Assembly (NCBI GenBank): GCA_964016885.1
Contig: OZ024743.1
Span: 223,882,001-223,946,000 of the forward strand
Length of the DNA stretch: 64,000 nucleotides
From: Eledone cirrhosa
Lineage: Eukaryota
Direction: 5' to 3'
The position numbers and the translations under genes are program-made. Under the pieces are notes generated by a model. The model was not told the DNA's origin and did no database searches. It saw nothing but the letters and a program-made list of their open reading frames with translations. Below are positions 25,040-37,777 of the stretch, in pieces (position 1 is the stretch's first letter; the number at the start of each line of letters is the position of its first letter).

Positions 25040-27500
25040 AAATACTGTTGTACAGTTTGTACAATGCTGCCATCTGATTCGCTATATCTTCTAGCAACAG
25101 CACCATCACAGATGGTGAAAGAAGTACTCCAATGTGAGTTTCCCTCGAGCTTTATGCAAAATTAGTTGGGGGCTGAATCATTTTCGGATTTTGAAAGGAT
25201 ACCGTCTTTTCTATGTGGAAAATATGTGTTTATCAGGAGAGTTCCACGATGATAGTGAGGTTTGACATTTGAAGCGATTGTTATACGTTATTCATGTTTT
25301 AGAGTATCTGTGCATATGCGGTAATACTTTATTAATGTTTATAGTGATGTCGATGGGATTTGGTTGAGAGAGGGATGAAGGGTTGAAGGGTTAAAGGGCA
25401 GTAGCATCTACGAAGAAGTTAATGTTGTTGTAATGGGGACAAGTAGGTTATGTGAGTGGGAGCAAAAATCAAACTTTAGAACACCGTAGTGAATAGAATA
25501 TGTATCAGAGAGCTCTGCCAGCACACACCACGTAAGTGTGATTTGACAGGAAGACACTTATTAAAAGGCCGAGAGACAGACACAGCCCACAGGCGGGTAG
25601 TTTTTGCAGGAGTTGTATGAAAAATATCGTCAAAATCTTTGCTGACGTCGAGGGTACCAACTTCCTCGAAGGACAGAACCCACCGATGAGTGACATAGGA
25701 GAGCGTATCTCCTGTAGATCTGGCTTTACAGAAGCCATCCAAGTGGTCATTATGAGGGAGAGAAATACTTGGTGTAGAAGAAAGGTTGTATCCATCAGCT
25801 TTAGGATAGGGAAAAGCATGATAGTTAAAAGAGTCGGAGGAGGGGATTCCCTTCTTTGAAATGTGACACCCTCTTACACTTTTCTTCAAATCAAGTTATA
25901 TTTCTATAGAATGAGAGTGAGAAACAGTGTGTTTGTATGAGTGTGAGGGAGAGAAAGAAATTAAAGAGGGCGGGGGTTAGCTCTGGAACTCATTGTTTGA
26001 GAGGTATTGGAAATTAAAGTCAAGAAGGACCAGTTGACCTGTTGGCTTAAAACCACCGTAAGCACGTTCGCACTATGCGTTTAATTATGCGTGTCGGTGA
26101 GCCTGGTTAAATGGAAAGGGATACTCTACTCTCGGAGATTTAACTCATGTATGCAGTGAATGTATGTGGAATGGACATCAAATGTGAAGGCTTTCTCTGA
26201 GGAAGTTCTACTGATAGAACAATCATGGTTGAGAAGTGAGCGAATAAGGATTCTGCAAAGTTGGTAGATATAAGTTTTGTAACATCTAACAAGACAGAAG
26301 AGTTTAAGGACTGTGTGGTGCAGGGAAGCACCATTCGTGGGTCGGATAATAGTATTGGGAGAGTTGGAGTACTAAGTAATAGCCATCAAATGTGTAAGAT
26401 TGAGTAGTTTAAGAACTGTGCGGTGAAGGGAAGCACCATTTGTGGGTCAGATAATGGTCTTGGGAGAGTTGGAGTGCTAAGTAAGAAACATCAAATGTGT
26501 AAGATTGAGTAGTTTAAGAACTGTGCGGTGAAGGGAAGCACCATTTGTGGGTCAGATAATGGTCTTGGGAGAGTTGGAGTGCTAAGAAAGAAACATCAAA
26601 TGTGTAAGATTGAGTAGTTTAAGAACTGTGCGGTGAAGGGAAGCACCATTTGTGGGTCAGATAATGGTCTTGGGAGAGTTGGAGTGCTAAGTAAGAAACA
26701 TCAAATGTGTAAGATTGAGTAGTTTAAGAACTGTGCGGTGAAGGGAAGCACCATTTGTGGGTCAGATAATGGTCTTGGGAGAGTTGGAGTGCTAAGTAAG
26801 AAACATCAAATGTGTAAGATTGAGTAGTTTAAGAACTGTGCGGTGAAGGGAAGCACCATTTGTGGGTCAGATAATGGTCTTGGGAGAGTTGGAGTGCTAA
26901 GTAAGAAACATCAAATGTGTAAGATTGAGTAGTTTAAGAACTGTGCGGTGAAGGGAAGCACCATTTGTGGGTCAGATAATGGTCTTGGGAGAGTTGGAGT
27001 GCTAAGTAAGAAACATCAAATGTGTAAGATTGAGTAGTTTAAGAACTGTGCGGTGAAGGGAAGCACCATTTGTGGGTCAGATAATGGTCTTGGGAGAGTT
27101 GGAGTGCTAAGTAAGAAACATCAAATGTGTAAGATTGAGTAGTTTAAGAACTGTGCGGTGAAGGGAAGCACTATTTGTGGGTCAGTTGATAGTCTTGGAA
27201 GAGTTGGGGGGCTAAGTAAGAACCATCAAATGTGTAAGATTGAGTAGTTTAAGAACTGTGCGGTGAAGGGAAGCACTATTTGTGGGTCAGTTGATAGTCT
27301 TGGAAGAGTTGGGGGGCTAAGTAAGAACCATCAAATGTGTAAGATTGAGTAGTTTAAGAACTGTGCGGTGAAGGGAAGCACTATTTGTGGGTCAGATAAT
27401 GGTCTTGGAAGAGTTGGGGGGCTAAGTAAGAACCATCAAATGTGTAAAAGTGAGTAATTTTCTCTAAGCGTTCTAAGCCATGTTTTTGTTTGTTGGGGTT
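25040..27500 (-). mobile_element. Highly decayed LINE (CR1/L2/Jockey-group) ORF2 remnant containing a 105 bp tandem array
   Basis: Minus-strand fragments LDVSKDFD (cf. LDISKAFD), LLQKLPACGL..ISVFLSN, FAESLFAHFST; many stops and frameshifts. Confidence 0.55.
26297..27460. repeat. 105 bp minisatellite, ~11 copies
   Basis: tgagtagtttaagaactgtgcggtgaagggaagcac... recurs at 26401+105n through 27346, with a diverged end copy at 27451. Confidence 0.97.
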
Positions 27501-28017
27501 TTTTGCGTGAATTTCTTCATCGTATTTATGAATGAACTACTTGGGGAACTTGAGATTGTGCGTTTGGGTTGTATTGCTGTACATGTCTAAGAAAATAGTT
27601 TCAGTCCCCCCGCTTAGCTGTTTTTGATAGGTCAGGAGTGAAAAGTACTCAAGGTTTTGCCAGCTCATCTTTTTTCAGACAATGTATGCAATGTGTCCTT
27701 TTAAAAGACTTGGCTGCTATTTCTATCAGGTTGGACGATCGCGTATAGGCTTGTTGCTGGTTTGTGGAGGCGTGTTAATTGAATAATTGAAGAAAAGAAA
27801 ATTACTGACGAATAAATTTTTAATTGATTAAGGATTAACTATGATGGACTTGTTCATAGTCAAATTTAATCATTCGTTTCAGTGTCTATTAGTAAACAAC
27901 TGTTTAACTTATTGTTGTTGTTGTTGTGTGTCTGTGTGTGTGTGTTTAGTTCCAGGTAAGCCCTGATCGAGCAGACCAATAGAGAGAGATAAAGAAAGGG
28001 GAGAGAAAGAGATAGAA

Positions 28018-28120
<103 letters not shown>

Positions 28121-29174
28121 CGTGCGTGCGCGCGCGTGCGTGCGATAATGTGCAATAGGTGCTGCTACAGATAAAAAATATTGATGTGATGGCAATATAC
28201 TCCAATCAGTGTGTCACTTCACCTGTCGTCTGATACATACATAGGTTTAGTCGTGACTATGTACCATGGCTAGTCTTGTGTTTTCTTCGTATTTATTTTT
28301 GGTCTCACCCTGCTGCTTCCACTGTTCAGTTCATTTAACATTTGTTCCAGTTCATGGGAGAAAAGAACTATATCGATAACAAATTGTAAATGACTTTTAT
28401 ATGTATATCTTTATGTTTCTTCCTTTTTCCGTCCCAGTTAAATGCTTGAACTCTTTTGATACCAACCTAACCAAAACCGACTGTGGTTCTATAAAACAAA
28501 ACTACCCATTTTAAAGTGTTTCTATTTAAGTTGAAATCTTCCAACATAGTTGATATATATGTATATATTTATTTATCACACCACATATACAACAGTATCA
28601 TTGATCTACATATATAGTATGTACAGCTTTGACAATGTCTGACGATCTTTTTTCTAGATAAAATAAACAAGGAAGTGGAGAGAGAAGGAGAAGGTTTTAT
28701 ATAAGAATGATATGTTAAATTACTATCTTAGTAATGAAATAGTTAATTAATTGATTGAAATTTAATTTATTTCATTATAAATGAAGTCACTAAAGGGTGA
28801 AAAATGTATTCCAGTGCAGTATAATCAGGGGTGGGGGAAGAATTTCTGAATTGAGGGGCGGGGGAAAATTTGGACAATTTAGTTGTAGTGATTAGTTTAG
28901 CTCTTTGCACTCTAAAATGATAAAAAAAACTTCGATATGCCAAATAGATGTGTGTTTTGGTAGTTTGAGGAGAAAATATAATTATTGGAAGGGCCATCGC
29001 TCCCCCCCCCCCTCGTTCCACCGCCACTGTATATATATAATTTTAAAAAGAATTATGCTCTGTGCCCTTTTCTAAGGAGTTAATATATCGAGCTTCTTCA
29101 CATTTGGTAAGAAACTGGTATTAAAACTCTATTTATTAATCTCTCATACACAAATATATGTACACACACACACA

Positions 29175-29603
29175 TATATGCCTGTGAGACATGGAAGAGT
29201 ACGAAAAGTGTATGTAACAAGCTTGATGTATTCCACCGTCGTTGCATTCGGACCATATTGAAAATGTCATGGAGAGACCAAGTTAGCAACCAGGAAGTGA
29301 TGAGGAGGTCAGGATTGGAGAGGTTAAGGGACATTGTCCGGAAAAGGAGACGGCAGTTCGCAGGCAACATCCTTCGTTTGCCGGCAGATCGACCTGCTCA
29401 TATTGCCATGGATTGGGTACCAGAAGGTGGCAGGAGAGAACGGGGAAGACCACGAAAACATGGCGGAACACATTCAGGGAGGACCTGCGGGAGATGGGAA
29501 TTACCTGGAGAGGTGCTAGAAGGGCCGTCAGTGACAGGATCAAGTGGAGGAAGCTCGTCGCCCAATGTACCACAAGGGATTGGAAGAACTAAGACTAAGA
29601 CTA

Positions 29604-29606
<3 letters not shown>
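29175..29606 (+). mobile_element. 5'-truncated RTE-clade LINE 3' end with (ACTAAG)n tail
   Basis: YACETW..LDVFHRRCIRTILKMSWRDQVSNQEV..RRRQFAGNILR..RERGRPRK; tail actaagactaagactaag running into (TA)n. Confidence 0.88.
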
Positions 29607-29677
<71 letters not shown>

Positions 29678-29681
<4 letters not shown>

Positions 29682-29783
29682 GCCTTCCAATTTCATTTTA
29701 CATTGTATACATGTCTGTGTATATTTTAATTATTTAAAAATTATTTTTAAGTGAATGTAACCCAACGGGTGACAGGTGGTCTA

Positions 29784-29784
<1 letters not shown>
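29678..29784 (+). mobile_element. Helitron 3' terminal fragment
   Basis: Hairpin gtaaccc-aac-gggtgac followed by CTAG|T. Confidence 0.6.
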
Positions 29785-29817
<33 letters not shown>

Positions 29818-30056
29818 GAAGGTACCCGTTTATGTGTGTTGTATTGAAGCGAATAACTGTGTATACTGTGGGAGTTTGTTTAACAATACCTATTGAGTAC
29901 GCTGAGATGCAACCGGTCCTAGCAGTGATACCCGTGCTAGTTCCATCAACTTATTATACATATATATATATATATATATATTCATTTATTATCTATTATG
30001 GCTATTGGTGAGCTTTTGTTACGCTAAAGTTTCACCTGCCCACTCACAGGATCACC

Positions 30057-30103
30057 AGTCTTGTCTGGTGAGGCCGCAGGTGGGACTCCAGAGTAACAAG
30101 GCT
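30057..30103 (+). ncRNA. Decayed type I hammerhead (three A>G core changes)
   Basis: agtcttgt CTGGTGA g-gcc-gca-ggt GGGA ctc-ca-gag TA acaaggct: 8 bp stem I, GUA triplet, AATAAA at 30111. Confidence 0.6.
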
Positions 30104-30309
30104 TAGTCATAATAAATGAATATTTAAACTCTACTTCGTTATTGAGTTTTCATTTTTACGTCCGTCAATAATTCACGTACTCTTTTGGTCTTGAATAATC
30201 GTCCCCACCCACCAGTGGGGACGATTATTAATTTGTCAGATTTTTTCCACATGCACTCACGGTTTTTATCCCCCCCTCCCACCCGCTTATTAAATTTTGC
30301 TAATCTGTC

Positions 30310-30780
30310 TAGAGGGGAGAAGAGTTTGGTAGTGATGGATAGAGTGAGAGGTAATGAGAGAGGGTGTTGTATGGTAGATATAGAGAGGGGGATAGTTTGG
30401 TGGTAGTTGATATAGAGAGAGGCGTTGGAAGAGAGTCCCGTGTAGTAGATAAAGAGAGAGGGGAGTTTTGTGTTAATTGATATAAAGAGGAGGATTGGTA
30501 GAGCGTTCCGTTTAGTAGATATAGAGAGGGGGATTGGGAGAATGTGTTTTATGGTTGCTATAGAGAGGGGGGAGTTTGATGTGAATTGATATAAAGGATT
30601 GATAGAGTTAGGTATTGATAGATATAGAGAGCGGGGAGTTTGGTAGTGATAGATAAATTGAGTGAGAATGAGAGAGAGAGTTGTATGGTAAATATAGAGA
30701 GGGGGAGATTTTGGTGATAATTGATATAGAGAGTTGGGAGAGTGAAAAATTAACAAGTGTGTGTGTGGGGGGGGGGGGTA
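30310..30780. repeat. Degenerate purine-rich ~30 bp tandem repeat
   Basis: Recurrent gatatagagagggggagtttggtgg-like units. Confidence 0.75.
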
Positions 30781-30963
30781 TTCAATACCTGAGAGTACTA
30801 AGCAATTTTGAAGTGTTTTCATTGTTTGTGATCAGTGTACAACATTATTTAATGCGTCTTTATTTTTTTTTCAATGGTGAGATGTAATCTAAAGGGGATT
30901 TGGTTGTTATTTCTAGCGGAGAGCAACTGCGTACATGCTTATTTATTGACTTGTGATCTTTAA

Positions 30964-31193
30964 CCCTTTAGCATTTACATTACTCTCTGTATACTAATGT
31001 ATTTTCATGGCATAATTACCTCACATAATTACCTCACATAATTATCTCACATAATATCGAATCTATGAGATTTTGAAAGTATTTATTTTGAGAACAATAC
31101 CTTAACACCAGTTTGAGCGACCAGTTACAGCCAGTTTCAACAGAAAAAGGTAGAGAATTCTGGCCGGCTTTGGCCGGTTTGAACATTAAAGGG
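30964..31193. mobile_element. TTAA-specific (piggyBac-like) MITE
   Basis: TTAA|cccttta ... taaaggg|TTAA termini at 30960-30970 and 31187-31197. Confidence 0.8.
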
Positions 31194-32255
31194 TTAACAT
31201 TGTTGTTCTTTTGTTTTGCCTCAGGTCCATCCTGATTGAACATACCTACGACCAAAGATGTTCATACATTGAGTATCTATCGCCACATCATCCGATGTAT
31301 CATTACTTTTTTTTCTATTAAAACTGCATGATATGAAAATATGGGAGATTTTATTGTTATTTTAAGCAAGGGGAGTAACTACGTAGGAACTCTCTCATTA
31401 GCTCTAATTCGATGGCGTTTATTTGTCTTGAAAAATAATATGGATTATGTATCATTTGATGTGCTTACAAATATGTCATACATGACTCCTCAGAAAACTA
31501 CTTTCCATGTCTTTAAAAATTATTAAGGAAGACAAAAGTGTGTTAAGTGTCTCTTATAACGGTTAATAAGATATTTTATCTCATATATTTATTCAATAAA
31601 TGCGAGTTATCAATGTGTATTTTATTTGTGTGAAAGAATGCTTTGGAGAAATGATGTGTATGTAATGGCGATGTTTCTTACAGATAGATTGCAAATGTTA
31701 GAAACATAAGTGAACATATAAAGCATCATTCCATTTTATAAAACAAATTCATATGTATTTCTCATGTATCTTTCTTTAGTGTTTAGCTGGCTTGATGTTT
31801 ACTATTAGACTGAAGAAGAAGAAGAAGAAGAAGAAGAAGAAGAAGAAAAAGAAGAAGAGAATTATTGCTATTTATAATATACTCCATCATATCTGAGCAG
31901 ACAACCACATAATATTCAAAGTAATTGTAATATAAGATAACTAAAACTTTATTAGTTGTAATCTATAGATCTTTTCACTTCTTAAACTGCCTCTAACTCT
32001 CATATTCTAATATAATAATGATTAACATAATAAAATTAAGCCTTTCTCTTCCACCGTGTTTTAACTACTTTGAACAATACTTCTTGATAATGGTGTATCA
32101 ATAAAGCTTTAATAACTCCATTTTAAAGACCATTCTAAATATTTGACTACTCGCCCAACCTAGTAAATATCCGTCTCCTCACCCGTTTCTTCTTAGTTAA
32201 TCAATAATTACTTATCTGTGCACATTACAACCCACTATGTGATGTTTTTTGTTTG

Positions 32256-32333
<78 letters not shown>

Positions 32334-33121
32334 AAGTTTTATTTAAATTGTTGGGTTACAACGAGTAAATATTTATAACTGATATAAAAGCACTCAACAA
32401 GTATTTGGAGTATATTTACGATATTAAATAAATGGAAACTATATTTATAGAGTAAAGACAAGAATAGTATTGTTAAAATTAATGTAGATTCTATATATAT
32501 TTGTGTGTATGTACACATATATGTATACTAGAATTTTTATAGCACAATGAGAATGTTTTCATGTGAAATAGGAATTTGCAGAGTTGATCACGTAAATTCA
32601 CATGGAAGTCTATAGTATCGAATCTGGGATAACCTTCTATTTTCTTTTTCTTTTTCTTTTTTCATGAAAGTGCATATATACTTATGTATTTCAATTTTTT
32701 TTGAATTTTTTATCTCAGTTTTTTATCTCAGTTTTTTTTTATCTCAGTTTTTTATCTCAGTTCTGATATAAACATAGGAATTTTAAACTAGACATATGAT
32801 CATTATTTTTCACACATTATTGATACGTGTCTCATTCATGAATACTGATATTTACATTATAATACCTAATTCATACGAATTGATATTTTTACATTGATGA
32901 AACATAATGTTTTAAATCTGCCTCGTTTATCTCTGGATATTTTTCTTTTCTCTCTATGTAACGGCTGTTTTCTCTCCTAACCACATATATCTCTCTATAC
33001 CTTAATACTAGAACTAAATAAATAAATAAATAAATATATCATTGATACGTCATTCAACTGGTGCCCAACTACCTATTTTCTTTCTCTCTATCTCTATCTA
33101 TATCTATCTCTCTCTATTTTT

Positions 33122-33197
<76 letters not shown>

Positions 33198-33510
33198 CTT
33201 TACATGAATTTCTTCTCTCTATCTATCTCTCTATATCTCTCTCTCTCTGTTTAGTTGCATGCATTTCTTCTTTTTCTTCGCTTTTTTTCTTTCTTTCTTT
33301 TTATAACTGTCCCTAACATTTTTCACTACCAAATCAACTTTTTAAATGGAAGTTGAGGTTGTAAGGTATGTCAAATCTATCTATTTATAAGACTGTTTAT
33401 ATTGTATTTTGTCTGAAGAAGGCATACCATATTTTTAATATGATATCCCTGAAATATATATAATGAAATAAATATGGTTTTATAAATATAGTTTCCATTT
33501 ATTTAATATC

Positions 33511-33600
<90 letters not shown>

Positions 33601-33648
33601 AAAGAATGCAGAATAACATGGTCGGCTGTACAATAGGGTTTATTTAAA

Positions 33649-33757
33649 GTATTAACAATTGTTTCATTAGTCCGGTGTGTCTAAAAGTCACTGATCGTTA
33701 GAAGTCACGTCACTCGACTTTAATTACAGTCGATGCCCGACCAAATCATCAGAATAC
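33649..33757 (-). ncRNA. Type I hammerhead ribozyme with intact core and long stem II
   Basis: Minus strand: gtatt CTGATGA t-ttggtc...gactaa-t GAAA caattg TT aatac, followed by AATAAA and then (TA)n. Confidence 0.8.
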
Positions 33758-33974
33758 AAATCTGGTGACCACCAAGCATATGCTTGGTGGTCACAGATCT
33801 GTCCAACTCGTTTGTCTACCAGCATATCATGAAAGAATTATACATTCTCTATGTATTTTATCTGAGGAGGACATGTTTTGCTTTATGTTATACATAAAAC
33901 TTTGCATCTTCGAAATATATATAATGAAATAAATAGAGATGATATAAAATATATATCTTTCGTTTATTACTATT

Positions 33975-34250
33975 ATTATAATTGTTTCTACTTTTGGCAC
34001 AAGGCCAGCAATTACCCAGTACATTACTGGTACTTTATTTTATCGACCTCGTAAGGATGAAAGGCAAAGTTAAGCTCGGCGGGATTTGAACTCAGATCGT
34101 AAAGGGACGTAACTATGCTGGAAAGCATGTCCGACCCTCCACCGATACTGCCAATTCACCGCTCTATTACTATTATTATAATTGTTTCTACTATTATGAA
34201 AGGCAAAGCTATGATGAAAGGCAAAGCTATGATGAAAGGCAAAGCTAACC
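33975..34250 (-). mobile_element. SINE copy plus triplicated 18 bp SINE-derived unit
   Basis: Full minus-strand SINE at ~33975-34165; (atgatgaaaggcaaagct)x3 at ~34193-34248. Confidence 0.85.
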
Positions 34251-34307
34251 TCGGATATAAGAATCAGTTGATTACAAATCAACTAACTCTTTTTTAATTG
34301 ATTACTA

Positions 34308-34375
<68 letters not shown>

Positions 34376-34385
34376 CACCGTGTAA

Positions 34386-34431
<46 letters not shown>

Positions 34432-34509
34432 GTGTATAATGGTAGCTATGGTGCTTCCATGGGCGGTATGCCAAAATTAGCACTCGATATTCAGCAGAGT
34501 AGAGTGTAG

Positions 34510-34769
34510 ATAGTATAAAGAAAACGAAAAATCAATGATGCATCTGGACTTAATTTATTGTGTGTTACAATTGTTTCGCCGTCAGGTAGCAAATTTTATC
34601 ACTAAAATTTGCTCTGAACGAAATACCCGTGTCTGAAAGAACCTGCAGCCGTAGAATCAGCCAGATCCATACATGGACCATGTCTCGACATACCTGCCGG
34701 CGAAACAATTGTAACATGCAATAAATTAAGTCCAGATACATCACTGATGTTTCGTTTTCTTTATACTAT
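34510..34769. repeat. ~79 bp inverted repeats carrying hammerhead 3' halves, abutting (TA)n
   Basis: 34510-34588 vs 34691-34769; each arm reads ggcGAAAcaattgTAaca..caataaa outward. Confidence 0.85.
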
Positions 34770-36172
34770 ATATATATATATATATATAAAATAATAAGAC
34801 TCAGAATTAACTATAGGGAAGATCATATTAGAGTACCTTAAAATAAAAGAACCTCATATGCGTATCATCCCAGCGGCAAAATTCATTGTTAAGCAATCTA
34901 AATATTTAGGGTTTAACGAATGTTTTTCACCTGACTGTAGTTTCACAGACTAAAAACACAGAAATTATCTATCTCAATTAATTAAGATAGTCAATCTCTA
35001 CCAGAAAACTTGCCTAATCATCGGAGAGGATTTTCTACTCTCAAAATTAAGAGACAAAATATATCTATCTGTTGTCGTATCTCATGCAAGCCCAAAATAA
35101 AACAGCATGGTGCACAATAATGTACGCATGCGCAGAATTTAAAACAAAGCAAATATTCATATAAAACAGACTAGATCTATACCGATTTCACTGTATATCC
35201 CGTATTCTTAAATGTAACGATATACACGGCCATATATAAGTTAATGTATATACATATATACATTAACTTATATAATTTCCTTAATCAATACCACTAATTA
35301 CACGATGATCCTTAATCATTTAGTAACATAATTATAAATAGCTACGCTCTAACACAGAGCATAAATTTTACGCCATAATACACCGTTCCGTAAAAATTAC
35401 ACCGTTTTTCTGATTTGAATTTGCCACTAGATACCATTTATTATCAAGCCATTGAATGTTTCCTACTCCTGATCTTCTTTAATATTTGAATGAGGAACCG
35501 GACCAATGATAATTATATTAAATTTAATATTAAGTTACCTCAGACACTGCACATTGTTTCTATCATAAACTGCACCTCATCAGTGGGGTAAAAAGTTGTG
35601 TACATATAGAAGTCTTTTTTAATACAGCTTTAGCATATTCCCTATCATTACTGTCACATGATCCACATGACAGGTGCGATGTGTCCGAACACGGAAGAGC
35701 CGAACTCCCACTGTCATCGCCTCCATCTCTCTCGCCCTCCCTATCTCTCTGTATTGTGAGTAAATGGGGTCCCACGTGCTGGCCACCCCACAGCCCCAGC
35801 GGACAAGAATGGATATAATCATGTACTTATCTATTGCATATCTATTAATGCAAAAACTACTTGACCTTTGTGGCTTTTGGGTTATTTACTTATCTCCCTC
35901 TCTCTCTCTCTCTCCCCCCTCTCTCTCTCCTTCACTCCCTCCCTCTCTCTCTCTCTATATATATATATATTGTTTACGTATCACCAATGTATGTTATCTA
36001 ACAGTTATACGAAATAATATATACCGCCGTATGCCTAATCCTAAAAACATACTTCTTCACCATAATTACCACCTTGTACGTCTACCCTGCCTCGCTTGCT
36101 TTCTTTATTGTTCGCCTATATTCAACATTTGATAATGCCAATGTTCTTGATACGTGTTTTTGTTAAATTCAA

Positions 36173-36306
<134 letters not shown>

Positions 36307-37281
36307 TATATTTGTATCAATATGTATGTATTGATATGCGTGTACGTGTGTATGCGTATGTATTGATATGCATATATGTGTATAGGGAGATATGGGGGAT
36401 GAGAGGAAGTTTTTATTCGACATTTTATTTAATGATGTCTGGTAATAGACATTGTTTTGTTTCCCCAGGGCATAAATGTATATAACTGTGCACATATTTA
36501 AATAGCTGTATTGACGATGAAATATTTCTAATTTATTGCCATATTGAACACTCATTGATTGCACTGTAATATAGAATGAGAATATTTATCAACCCCTAGG
36601 AACTAGAACACTTATGCAGACGATAGAATTCCTAAGTGCGCTTTTACGAATATATTTATCGATTAGGTATTCTTTTTGCTTAATTGACTTATGATAAAAC
36701 CCATTATTACTTTCGCCTCTCCTAAAAAAAAGTTTTGCGTTGACTCAATTTCTATATAAAAGGATGAAAGGGGCCGAGTCGATCGTCAGATCTGCCCAAG
36801 GACTCACGGTTTCAGATTTTTTGTTTCCATTGTTGATACTATCTGTAATTCACAACTCCAGGCAAAAAAAAAAAAAAAAGCTACGCAAAGTAAAGTATTT
36901 TGGTCAAGAATACAGCACGTCATCCTGTCTAGGAATCGAGCCATTGTCTTTAAAATCGTAATCTCAACACACTAACCAGTAGGCTACGAGACAGCGTATT
37001 TAGATCAGCTCATTTCTCATCCTCTAGTGAGCTTAGATGCGAAACATTGGAGCTAATATCAGGAGAGTTTTATGTGATATTTTGTTTAATGTATTATGAT
37101 ATAAATAGTGTTGTTTGTTCTGTATATTTAAATATTTATATTATAATATAATTCTTCTCAACATTTAGATGGCTGTATTGCTGTATTGTTTATGGATCAC
37201 TTACTATATATAATACTATTTATGAAATATCTATGTATCGAACAGTCACAACATTGATTGTATCATGAAATAAGATTGGAA

Positions 37282-37337
<56 letters not shown>

Positions 37338-37339
<2 letters not shown>

Positions 37340-37441
37340 AAAATGTGTAACCCCGACGGCAGAGTTAAAGCCGTTTCGACGGCTGTTTCGTCCAGAAATA
37401 GCTATCGAAACGGCTCTGCCGTCGAGGTTAAACATTTTCCT
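37338..37441. repeat. Short fold-back between (TA)n tracts with hammerhead 3'-half motifs
   Basis: aggaaaatgtgtaaccccgacggcagag..gccgtttcga / tcGAAAcggc-tct-gccgTCgaggttaaacattttcct. Confidence 0.8.
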
Positions 37442-37519
37442 ATTACCCACTCTACTACCCTAAGTATTGAGTACTCTGGTGCGTTATGGTCCATCTGGTT
37501 CCTTACCACACCTCCTTCG

Positions 37520-37590
<71 letters not shown>

Positions 37591-37734
37591 ATAAAAATAC
37601 TTGAGTGCATTAGAGTCAAACACACTCGTTGTATTAGAGAAATGACAGTATAAGAGATAGCTCAATGTTATCAAACAGAGCCGAAAAATTATGTAAATTA
37701 ACAAAGAAGACTTTAATACATTAAAAATCTTTAT

Positions 37735-37777
37735 TTGCTGACAATGTTTCGTCCCATTAATTAGGACTCATCGGAGC
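37735..37777 (-). ncRNA. Hammerhead copy in the inverted PLE segment (CCGAUGA variant, stem I truncated at inversion junction)
   Basis: Minus strand: gct CCGATGA gtcc-taattaatg-ggac GAAA cattg TC agcaa. Confidence 0.8.
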
